Positions 7,551 to 15,538 of a stretch of DNA of 46,535 nucleotides are shown here, piece after piece. The stretch covers positions 1 through 46,535 of the forward strand of contig JBAVRG010000452.1 in assembly GCA_049694795.1 (NCBI GenBank), in the 5' to 3' direction. The stretch is from Mycobacteriales bacterium. Lineage in GTDB: Bacteria > Actinomycetota > Actinomycetes > Mycobacteriales > SCTD01. The stretch's first letter is position 1. Every line of letters starts with the position of its first letter. The notes below the pieces were generated by a model. That model was not told the DNA's origin and searched no databases. It saw only the letters and a program-made list of their open reading frames with translations. A program made the translations under genes and the position numbers.

Positions 7551-9347
7551 TCATTCGGTGCCGGTCGACGCTGCCGTGGGGGTGTGCAGGCGCTCCAGCG
7601 TCTTGCCGCCCCCCAGGTACATGTGGACCCCGCACGGCAGGCACGGGTCGAAGCTGCGGACGGTCCGCATGATGTCGATGCCCTTGAACTTGTCGCGGGT
7701 GTTCTCCTCGAACAGCGGCTGCCCCTGTACGGCGTCCTCGTACGGACCGGGCGTGCCGTAGGCGTCCCGTGGGTTGGCGTTCCAGGGCGTCGGCGGGTAC
7801 GGGTGGTAGTTCGCGATCTTGCCGTCCCTGATCACCATGTGGTGCGACAGCACGCCGCGCACCGCCTCGGTGAACCCGCACCCGATCGCCTCGTCGGGCA
7901 CCTCGAACTTCTCCCAGGTCTTCGTGCGCCCCGCGCGGATCTCGGCCAAGGCCTTCTCCGCGAAGGTGAGGGCGCAGGCCGCCGCGTAGGCCTGGAAGTA
8001 GGTCCGGGCCCTGTTGCGCTCGAGGGTGTTGCTCCACTGCGGGATCTTCCACTCGAGGTCGACAGGGCCCTTGAGCGCGGTCTTGGGCAGGTGGATCTGC
8101 ACGCTGTGCCCGGTGGCCTTGACGTAGTCGGTGCTGACCAGGCCGGCGAGCGCTGTCGACCACAGCCGGGCGAGCGGACCGCCCCCTGTGTCGAGGGCGA
8201 GGTGGTCGCTGCCGTCGAACCAGCGCGGCGACATGACCCAGCTGTACTTGTCGTCGAAGTCGCGCTTCTGCGGCTGGGGGTTGGTGTGCTGGTTCCAGGG
8301 GTGCCGGCGGTCGACCGGGTTGCCCAGCGGGTCCTGGGTCACGAACATCTCCTGGTCCGACCAGTCGTCGTAGAACGAGCTGCCGAGCAGGATCCGGATG
8401 CCCAGGTTGATGTCGACCAGGCTGGTCGTGACGAGGTTGCCGTCGACGACGACGCCGGGGGTCACGAACATCCGGCGGCCCCACTGCTCCATGTCCCTGT
8501 AGGAGAAGTTGCAGACCTCGGGGTCCTGGAACGATCCCCAGCAGCCGAGCAGGGTGCGACGCAGGCCGACCTGCTCGTAGCCGGGCAGCGCGTCGTAGAA
8601 GAAGTCGAACAGGTCGTCGTGCATCGGCACGACCTTCTTCATGAACTCCACGTAGCGCATCAACCGGGTGGTGTAGTCGGTCATCAGCTGGACGGTCGCG
8701 ACCGTCCCCACGCCGCCGGGGTAGAGGGTCGACGGGTGGACGTGCCGGCCCTCCATGAGGCAGAACATCTCCCGGGTCCACCGGCTCACCTGCAGGGCTT
8801 CCCGGTAGAACTCGCCGGTGAACGGGTTGAGCGCCCGCATGATGTCGGCGATGGTCCGGTAGCCGTGCGTGTCCCGCCCCGCGGCCGGGGTGTTCTCCGC
8901 CTTGGCGAGCACCGACGGGTTGGTCTCGGCGACCATCCGCTCGCAGTAGTCCACCCCGACCAGGTTCTCCTGGAAGATGTTGTGGTCGAACATGTACTCC
9001 GCGGCCTCACCGAGGTTGACGATCCACTCGCCGAGGTGCGGCGGCTGGACGCCGTACGCCATGTTCTGGGCGTAGCAGGAGCAGGTGGCGTGGTTGTCGC
9101 CGCAGATGCCGCAGATGCGGCTGGTGATGAAGTGCGCGTCCCGCGGGTCCTTGCCCTTCATGAAGATGCTGTAGCCGCGGAAGATCGACGAGGTGCTGTG
9201 GCACTCGGCCACGGTGTTGTTCGCGAAGTCGATCTTCGTGTAGATGCCGAGGCTTCCCACGATGCGGGTGATCGGGTCCCACGCCATCTCGACGAGGCCC
9301 TTGTCGTCCTTGCTCGTCGTGCCGCGCTGCGGGAGTGTCGTCGTCAT
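7551..9347 (-). CDS. hhyL: [NiFe]-hydrogenase large subunit, group 1h (high-affinity, Hhy-type)
   Basis: 598 aa with L1 motif TSRICGICGDNH and L2 motif SFDPCLPCGVH, followed by a 23-aa C-terminal extension that is the protease substrate. GAGGAAG RBS. Confidence 0.97.
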   Translation of the reverse strand: MTTTLPQRGTTSKDDKGLVEMAWDPITRIVGSLGIYTKIDFANNTVAECHSTSSIFRGYSIFMKGKDPRDAHFITSRICGICGDNHATCSCYAQNMAYGVQPPHLGEWIVNLGEAAEYMFDHNIFQENLVGVDYCERMVAETNPSVLAKAENTPAAGRDTHGYRTIADIMRALNPFTGEFYREALQVSRWTREMFCLMEGRHVHPSTLYPGGVGTVATVQLMTDYTTRLMRYVEFMKKVVPMHDDLFDFFYDALPGYEQVGLRRTLLGCWGSFQDPEVCNFSYRDMEQWGRRMFVTPGVVVDGNLVTTSLVDINLGIRILLGSSFYDDWSDQEMFVTQDPLGNPVDRRHPWNQHTNPQPQKRDFDDKYSWVMSPRWFDGSDHLALDTGGGPLARLWSTALAGLVSTDYVKATGHSVQIHLPKTALKGPVDLEWKIPQWSNTLERNRARTYFQAYAAACALTFAEKALAEIRAGRTKTWEKFEVPDEAIGCGFTEAVRGVLSHHMVIRDGKIANYHPYPPTPWNANPRDAYGTPGPYEDAVQGQPLFEENTRDKFKGIDIMRTVRSFDPCLPCGVHMYLGGGKTLERLHTPTAASTGTE

Positions 9348-9411
9348 GAGGCTGCTTCCTCGAGGTGGGCCGCCCCGCAGGGCGGGAGACGTGGGGCACG
9401 CGGGGCGCGAC

Positions 9412-10467
9412 CTACCAGGTGCGGGTGGCGCCTGAGGTGAGCTGGGTGCCGGGCTTGCGCCACTTGGGCTCGGCGTTCAGCGTCGCGATCGTGCGCGAGC
9501 GCAGCGCGCGGATCGTCTGGCCGTACAGGCCGATCGACGTCGTCGACAGCTTGCCGCCCGGGGGCTCGTCCATGAACGGCATGAACTTGTCCGGGAAGCC
9601 AGGCATGGTGCAGCCGATGCAGATGCCGCCGACGTTGGGGCAGCCTCCGACGCCGTTGACCCAGCCGCGCTTGGGCACGTTGCACTTCACGACCGGGCCC
9701 CAGCAGCCGAGCTTGACGATGCACTTCGGGGTGCCGTGCTCGGTGGCGAAGTCGCCCTGCTCGTAGTAGCCCGCGCGGTCGCACCCCTCGTGCACCGTGC
9801 TGCCGAACAGCCAGGTGGGCCGCAGCTGGTCGTCGAGCGGGATCATCGGGGCCTGGCCGGTGGCCTGGTAGAGCAGGTAGGTGATCGTCTCCGACAGGTT
9901 GTCCGGCTGGATCGGGCAACCCGGCACGCAGACGATCGGCAGACCGGCCTTGGACTTCCAGTCCCAGCCCAGGTAGTCGGGCACCCCCATCGCGCCGGTC
10001 GGGTTGCCTGCCATGGCGTGGATGCCGCCGTACGTCGCGCAGGTGCCCACCGCGAGGACTGCGAGAGCCTTCGGGGCCAGGCGGTCCAGCCACTCGCTCG
10101 TCGTGACCGGCTGACCGGTCATCGGGTCGTTGCCGAAGCCGCACCAGTAGCCGTCGCCGTGCAGGGCTTCGTTGGGGATCGAGCCCTCCACCACCAGGAC
10201 GAAGGGCTCGAGCTCTCCGCGGTCGGCCTTCCAGAACCACTCGAGGAAGTCGTCCGCGCCGCCGGTGGGGCCGCACTCGAAGTCGATGAGCGGCCAGTGG
10301 ACCGCCACTTTCGGCAGCCCCGGCAGGGCCCCGAGGGCGATCTCCTCGATGCTGGGCTGGGTCGCGGCGGTGAGGGCGACGGAGTCGCCGTCACAGCTCA
10401 GGCCGGCGTTGATCCACAAGACGTGGATGAGGGTGTCTTCTGCGGTGATCGCCTCGGCAGTGGGCAT
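9412..10467 (-). CDS. hhyS: [NiFe]-hydrogenase small subunit, group 1h, no Tat signal
   Basis: Start re-set to MPTAEAIT.. with GAGGAGGGGG upstream. Motifs are LWINAGLSCDGD (CxGD where standard enzymes have CxGC), GTCATYGG, GCP and the distal Cys cluster CIGCTMPGF. Confidence 0.93.
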   Translation of the reverse strand: MPTAEAITAEDTLIHVLWINAGLSCDGDSVALTAATQPSIEEIALGALPGLPKVAVHWPLIDFECGPTGGADDFLEWFWKADRGELEPFVLVVEGSIPNEALHGDGYWCGFGNDPMTGQPVTTSEWLDRLAPKALAVLAVGTCATYGGIHAMAGNPTGAMGVPDYLGWDWKSKAGLPIVCVPGCPIQPDNLSETITYLLYQATGQAPMIPLDDQLRPTWLFGSTVHEGCDRAGYYEQGDFATEHGTPKCIVKLGCWGPVVKCNVPKRGWVNGVGGCPNVGGICIGCTMPGFPDKFMPFMDEPPGGKLSTTSIGLYGQTIRALRSRTIATLNAEPKWRKPGTQLTSGATRTW

Positions 10468-10593
10468 GAGGCCCCCTCCTCGCGAGATCCCATGGACCTC
10501 GGTGCGACCCGAACCCGGCGTCGGCATTCGGGCTTGCGGGCCGCTGCCTTCGAGGGATATACCCGGTCACTCACGACTGTCAACGGCGGCGAC
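10468..10593. promoter_or_regulatory. Divergent hhyS / hypF intergenic region (promoters expected)
   Basis: 126-bp gap between divergent start codons, with an AT-richer patch (GGGATATACCC) and a short inverted repeat CCCGAA-N13-TTCGGG. No confident -10/-35 assignment. Confidence 0.4.
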
Positions 10594-12825
10594 ATGACCC
10601 TTACCGGGACAGCACAGCGGATCCAGGTCCGGGTGTCGGGCGTCGTGCAGGGGGTCGGTTTCCGACCGTTCGTCTGGAAGGCCGCGACCGATCTCGGGCT
10701 CTCCGGATGGGTGCACAACGACGCTGAGGGGGTGCTGCTCGAGGTCGAGGGCCCGCCTTCCGGGCTCGACGACCTGGTGCGCGCGCTGGTCGAGCGGCCC
10801 CCTCCGCTGGCGCGCGTCGACAGCGTGCGCGCCCTGCCTGTCGCAACCACCGGGGAGCGCGGCTTCGCGGTCCGCGACAGCCACCTGGAAGGGCCGCGGG
10901 TGGCCCTGGTCGCTGCCGACGCCGCCACGTGTCCCGCCTGCCTCGGCGAGCTCGCCGACCCTGCCGACCGGCGCTACCGCTACCCGTTCGTGAACTGCAC
11001 GCACTGCGGGCCGAGGTACACGATCGTCCGGTCCGTGCCGTACGACCGGGCCCGCACGACGATGGCGGGTTTCGCGCTGTGCCCGGACTGCCGTCGCGAG
11101 TACGACGACCCCGCCGACCGGCGCTTCCACGCCCAGCCCGTCTGCTGCCCGGCCTGCGGCCCGCAGCTGTCCATGCCGGTCACGGAGGCTGCGGACCGGC
11201 TGCACGCGGGGCAGGTGCTCGCGGTGAAGGGGCTCGGGGGCCTGCACCTCGCGGTGCTCGCGTCCGACGAGGACGCGGTCGCCCGGCTGCGGGCCCGCAA
11301 GCACCGGGAGGAGCGGCCCTTCGCCCTGATGGTGCGCGACCTCGCAGCCGCGCTGGCGCTCTGCGAGGTGGAGCCTGCGGAGGAGGCCCTGCTGACGAGC
11401 GCGGCGCGGCCCATCGTGCTGCTCCGCCGACGCGGCTCGGGGGTGGCACCGTCGGTCGCCCCGCACCAGCGGTTCCTCGGGATCATGCTGCCGTACACCC
11501 CGCTGCACCACCTGCTGCTGGAGGCCGTCGACGCCCCGCTCGTGATGACCAGCGGCAACCGGAGTGACGAGCCGATCGTCTTCCGGGACGAGGACGCACA
11601 CGAGCGGCTGGACGGCATCGCCGATGCGTTCCTCACGCACGACCGCCCCATCGAGACGCGGGTCGACGACTCGGTGCTGCGCGTGGTGCGGGGGCGGCCG
11701 GTGCCGATCCGGCGCTCGAGGGGCTACGTGCCCGGCGCTGTCGCGCTGCCGTGGCGGCTGCGGCGCCACGTGCTGGCCTGCGGTGGCGAGCTCAAGAGCA
11801 CCTTCGCCCTCGGCCGCGACGAGCACGCCTTCGTGTCGCACCACATCGGTGACCTCGACAGCTGGACGACCTTCCAGGCCTACCTGCACGGCATCACCCA
11901 CCTGCAGCGGCTCCTGGACGTCCGTCCCGAGCTGGTCGCCCACGACCTGCACCCGGACTACGCGTCGTCCCGCTACGCGCAGGAGCTCGACGGGGTGGAG
12001 CTCGTCGGCGTGCAGCACCACCACGCGCACATCGCCTCCTGCCTCGTGGACAACGGCCGGGAGGGGCCGGTCATCGGGGTCGCCTTCGACGGCACCGGGC
12101 TGGGCGCCGACGGCACGGTGTGGGGTGGTGAGCTGCTCCTGGCCGACCTGCGGACCGCTGAGCGGGCGGGTCACCTGCGCCCGGTGCCGCTCCCCGGAGG
12201 CGACCGGGCCGTGCGCGAGCCGTGGCGGATGGCGGCCGCCTACCTGCAGGAGGCGTACGGCGAGACCCCGCCGGACCTGCCGCTCCGGCACCGGCACCCG
12301 AGGTGGCAGCACGTCCTCGCCGCGGCCGGCGCGGGGGTCAACGCCCCGCCCACCTCCAGCGCCGGCCGGCTGTTCGACGCGGTCGCCGCGGTGCTCGGGG
12401 TGCGCGACGTCGCGTCCTACGAGGGGCAGGCGGCCATCGAGCTCGAACAGCTCGCGGAGCCAGGTGCCGGGGCCTACCCGGTGGTGCTCGACGGCGCCGT
12501 GCTCGACGGCGTCGTGCTGTTCCGGCACTGCGTCGAGGACCTGCTCGCGGGCACGCCCGTCCCGGTGGTCTCTGCGCGCTTCCACGACACCCTCGCGGCC
12601 ACGGTGGCGCATGCCTGCGAGCTGCTGAGGGAGCGGTCCGGCCTGGGCACCGTCGCCCTGTCCGGAGGTGTCTGGCAGAACGCGCTGCTGCTCTCGCGGG
12701 CTCTGGAGCTGTTGGAGGACAAGGGCTTCGAGGTCCTGACGCATCGCCAGGTGCCGTGCAACGACGGTGGGCTCAGCCTGGGCCAGCTCGCGGTCGCGGG
12801 GGCGCTGGACCGCGGGTCCGGATGA
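10594..12825 (+). CDS. hypF: Carbamoyltransferase HypF
   Basis: Start re-set to MTLTGTAQRIQVRVSGVVQGVGFRP (acylphosphatase domain). Two CxxC-X18-CxxC zinc fingers follow (CPACLGE..CTHCGPR, CPDCRRE..CPACGPQ), then YrdC-like and Kae1-like domains. Product is 743 aa. Confidence 0.95.
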   Translation: MTLTGTAQRIQVRVSGVVQGVGFRPFVWKAATDLGLSGWVHNDAEGVLLEVEGPPSGLDDLVRALVERPPPLARVDSVRALPVATTGERGFAVRDSHLEGPRVALVAADAATCPACLGELADPADRRYRYPFVNCTHCGPRYTIVRSVPYDRARTTMAGFALCPDCRREYDDPADRRFHAQPVCCPACGPQLSMPVTEAADRLHAGQVLAVKGLGGLHLAVLASDEDAVARLRARKHREERPFALMVRDLAAALALCEVEPAEEALLTSAARPIVLLRRRGSGVAPSVAPHQRFLGIMLPYTPLHHLLLEAVDAPLVMTSGNRSDEPIVFRDEDAHERLDGIADAFLTHDRPIETRVDDSVLRVVRGRPVPIRRSRGYVPGAVALPWRLRRHVLACGGELKSTFALGRDEHAFVSHHIGDLDSWTTFQAYLHGITHLQRLLDVRPELVAHDLHPDYASSRYAQELDGVELVGVQHHHAHIASCLVDNGREGPVIGVAFDGTGLGADGTVWGGELLLADLRTAERAGHLRPVPLPGGDRAVREPWRMAAAYLQEAYGETPPDLPLRHRHPRWQHVLAAAGAGVNAPPTSSAGRLFDAVAAVLGVRDVASYEGQAAIELEQLAEPGAGAYPVVLDGAVLDGVVLFRHCVEDLLAGTPVPVVSARFHDTLAATVAHACELLRERSGLGTVALSGGVWQNALLLSRALELLEDKGFEVLTHRQVPCNDGGLSLGQLAVAGALDRGSG

Positions 12826-12850
12826 CCCCCCAGAGCACCAGCAGGGCCGG

Positions 12851-14047
12851 CTACTGACCCGCAGCACCCTGGCTGAGGCGGTCCTGCACCGCTTCCCAGA
12901 GCACGTGGTAGAGCGTCGTCTGCACCTCCTGGATGCGGTGCACCGACGAGGACGGGACCACGAACAGGTGGTCGACCATGCCCTGGTCGCGCATCGCGCC
13001 GCCGTCGTAGCCGGCCAGGCCGACCGTGACGAGGCCGAGCTCGCGGGCAGTGCGCAGGCCGGCGAGGACGTTGCCCGAGCCGCCGCTGGTCGACACCGCG
13101 AAGGCGATGTCACCCGGGCGTGCGAGGGCCCGCAGCTGCCGGGCGAAGACCACGTCGAACCCGACGTCGTTGGCGAGTGCGGTCAGCACCGCCACGTCGT
13201 TGGTGAGGCACAGCGCCGGCAGCGCGCGCCCGCGGCTGGGGGCGAGGAACGTCTGGACGACGTCCTGGGTGTCGGTGCTGCTGCCGCCGTTGCCGAAGGC
13301 GATCAGGGTGGCCCCGGCGGCGAAGGCCTCCGCCAGCCGGTCCGCGCAGCGGTCGATCTCGGCACCGTCCAGTGCGGCGCGCAGCTGGGCGACGTCGGTG
13401 AGCTTGTCGCGGCTGGAGGTGGTCGCGCTCGTCTCCAGACCGGTGTGGCTGCTCCCGGACAGGAACGGGTAGAGCGCAAGCGCCGGGTCGTCGTCGACGA
13501 CCGCGGCCGGAGGGTCGAGGAAGACGTGCACCAGCTCCCACAGCAGGTGGTAGGCCGAGACGTGTCCCTCCTTCACCACTCCCGGGTCGTCGCTCGGCAC
13601 CACGACCACGTGGTCGGCCGCGACGGGCGCGGCGGCCAGGGCCACCGTCAGCAGGCCTCGCTCATGTGCCGCCTGCAGACCCTCCAGGAGGGCGCTGTCC
13701 GGCGTGCTGCGGGTGATGGCCAGCGCGATGTCCTGGGGACGGCTGAGGACCTCGAGCTGCGCGGCGAAGACGGCAGTCGGGTCCGTTCGTGCCAGCTCGG
13801 TGAGGGTGGCGACGTCGGCGACGAGGGACAGGGCAGGCAGGGCGCGCTTGCCCACGATCACCGGGTGCAGGAACTCCACGGCCACGTGCTGGGCGTCGGT
13901 GGCGGACCCGAGGACGAGCAGCCGGCCGCCGGCGGCGAACCGGTCGGCCATGTCGCGGGCGGCCGCGGTCAGCAGCTCGGCGTGCGCGCGCAGGTGGTCG
14001 ACCGGGGCGACCCGGCGACCGAGGACCTCGCCTGAGTGCAGCGTCAC
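12851..14047 (-). CDS. Tandem SIS-domain protein (GmhA / phosphoheptose-isomerase-like, duplicated)
   Basis: 398 aa in two SIS halves. The C-terminal half keeps FGNGGSSTD and VSTSGGSGNV. The N-terminal half is degenerate (LGSATD, TRSTPDS). Confidence 0.8.
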   Translation of the reverse strand: MTLHSGEVLGRRVAPVDHLRAHAELLTAAARDMADRFAAGGRLLVLGSATDAQHVAVEFLHPVIVGKRALPALSLVADVATLTELARTDPTAVFAAQLEVLSRPQDIALAITRSTPDSALLEGLQAAHERGLLTVALAAAPVAADHVVVVPSDDPGVVKEGHVSAYHLLWELVHVFLDPPAAVVDDDPALALYPFLSGSSHTGLETSATTSSRDKLTDVAQLRAALDGAEIDRCADRLAEAFAAGATLIAFGNGGSSTDTQDVVQTFLAPSRGRALPALCLTNDVAVLTALANDVGFDVVFARQLRALARPGDIAFAVSTSGGSGNVLAGLRTARELGLVTVGLAGYDGGAMRDQGMVDHLFVVPSSSVHRIQEVQTTLYHVLWEAVQDRLSQGAAGQ

Positions 14048-14083
14048 CCTGCCGAGGTTACGCCCCGGCCAGGCGCCCGGAGG

Positions 14084-14119
14084 CGCCCCTGGGCCGGCGA
14101 CGGCGGCAGCCCAGGGGCG
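14084..14119 (-). terminator. Hairpin just downstream of narK stop
   Basis: 11-bp GC-rich stem, CGCCCCTGGGC (14084-14094) against GCCCAGGGGCG (14109-14119), with a 14-nt loop. It starts 7 nt after the narK stop codon. Confidence 0.55.
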
Positions 14120-14125
14120 AGCTCC

Positions 14126-15457
14126 TCAGACCCCCGCGAGCCGGTGCCTCGGCCGCAGGTAGACCGCCCACGTGACGACCACGCACACCAGGTAGAAGGC
14201 GATGAACGCGAGGTAGGCGCCGTCGGCCCTGCCGGTGTCGAGGAACGACTGGCGGAAGGCGACGTTGACCAGCACACCTCCGAAGGCCCCGACGGCCCCG
14301 GCGATCCCGATGAGGGCACCGGACATCCGACGTGCCTCCGCGTAGGTCGACCGGGTCGCCTTGAAGATGGCCGGGATCATCTTGTACGTCGACCCGTTGC
14401 CGACGCCGGACAGGGCGAACAGCGTCACGAAGCCGACGAGGTACAGGTCGAGCGAGTGCTGCTGCGACGCGGCCAGCACGACCGCCCCGGCACCGGCCAT
14501 GGCGATGAAGTTGAGCGCGGTGACGCGGGCGCCGCCGAACCGGTCGGCGAGCAGGCCGCCGACCGGGCGGATCAGGGAGCCGATCAGCGGGCCGAGGAAG
14601 GTGAGGTAGGCGGCGTCCAGCGGCGTGGCGAACTCGGTCTTGAACTGCACGGTGAGGACCTGGCCGAAGGCGAAGCCGAAGCCGATGAACGACCCGAAGG
14701 TGCCGATGTAGAGCAGCGACATGACCCAGGTGTTCCTGTCCTTGCAGACGTCGCGCATCGCGCGCTTGTCGTTGCGCGCCCCGGCGAGGTTGTCCATGGC
14801 GAACCACGCGAGGCCGGCGGCGAGCACCACGAGCGGGACGTAGCTGCCGATGAGCAGCCGCGGGTGCGCCTTGCCTGCGGTGGCGAGGACGAGCAGGGCC
14901 ACCAGCTGCACGGCGGCCACGCCGACGTTGCCGCCGCCCGCGTTCAGGCCGAGTGCCCGGCCCTTCAGCCGGTCCGGGTAGAACGCGTTGATGTTCGCCA
15001 TGGACGAGGCGAAGTTGCCCCCGCCGACACCGGCCAGCCCGGCCACCAGGAGCAACGTGTCGAGGGACACGCCCGGCTTGAGCACCGCGAGCATCGCGAC
15101 GAGGGGCAGCAGCAGGAGCAGGGCGCTGATCACCGTCCAGTTGCGCCCGCCCAGCTTGGCGACGGCGAACGTGTAGGGCAGGCGCAGCACCGAGCCGACC
15201 AGGGCAGGGACGCTGGTCAGCAGGAACTTGTCGGCGGGCGTGAAGCCGTACTTCGGGCCGAGGAACAGCACCAGCGACGACCACATCGTCCACACCGAGA
15301 AGCCGATGTGCTCCGAGAAGATGGAGAACACCAGGTTGCGGCGGGCGACCCGCTTCCCGGTCGCCTCCCAGAACGCCGGGTTCTCCGGCTCCCAGTCGTC
15401 GATCCACCTGCTGCGCGGCGCCTCTGGGGCGAGGCGGGTCTCCAGCGTTGCCGTCAT
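14126..15457 (-). CDS. narK: MFS nitrate/nitrite transporter NarK/NasA-type
   Basis: 443 aa and multi-TM with a NarK-like N-terminus (..NLVFSIFSEHIGFSVW..GGRNWT..). AGGAGG lies 5 nt upstream of the ATG. Confidence 0.9.
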   Translation of the reverse strand: MTATLETRLAPEAPRSRWIDDWEPENPAFWEATGKRVARRNLVFSIFSEHIGFSVWTMWSSLVLFLGPKYGFTPADKFLLTSVPALVGSVLRLPYTFAVAKLGGRNWTVISALLLLLPLVAMLAVLKPGVSLDTLLLVAGLAGVGGGNFASSMANINAFYPDRLKGRALGLNAGGGNVGVAAVQLVALLVLATAGKAHPRLLIGSYVPLVVLAAGLAWFAMDNLAGARNDKRAMRDVCKDRNTWVMSLLYIGTFGSFIGFGFAFGQVLTVQFKTEFATPLDAAYLTFLGPLIGSLIRPVGGLLADRFGGARVTALNFIAMAGAGAVVLAASQQHSLDLYLVGFVTLFALSGVGNGSTYKMIPAIFKATRSTYAEARRMSGALIGIAGAVGAFGGVLVNVAFRQSFLDTGRADGAYLAFIAFYLVCVVVTWAVYLRPRHRLAGV

Positions 15458-15538
15458 CCGTTCCTCCTGTGCTCGGGAATGGCGGCGAACGCTAGGGACG
15501 GCGGAAGACGCCCAGGTGTCGGCCGACGACCGCCGCGG

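Noticed and set aside
7551-9347. Selenocysteine recoding in the hydrogenase, considered because selB lies next door.
   Set aside because: The large subunit has Cys at all four Ni-Fe ligand positions (RICGICG, DPCLPCG) and no in-frame TGA. No SECIS-like context was seen. The selB adjacency looks coincidental, and its target (probably a formate dehydrogenase) is outside the window.
9370-9385. Small hairpin (CCGCCC-CGCA-GGGCGG) in the 64-nt hhyS-hhyL spacer.
   Set aside because: It has only 6 bp. Stems of that size occur by chance frequently at this GC content, so it is not enough to call a processing or attenuation site.
10468-10527. Possible Tat/Sec signal on the small subunit if the ORF starts at 10527 (MPTPGSGRTEVHGISRGGGL..).
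   Set aside because: There is no twin-arginine motif and no hydrophobic core. A strong GAGGAGGGGG RBS sits inside this stretch and serves the ATG at 10467. Group 1h enzymes are known to lack Tat signals.
10468-10593. Attempt to assign -35/-10 hexamers for hhyS and hypF around GGGATATACCC.
   Set aside because: No hexamer fits the actinobacterial TANNNT -10 pattern convincingly on either strand. I report only a generic divergent promoter region.
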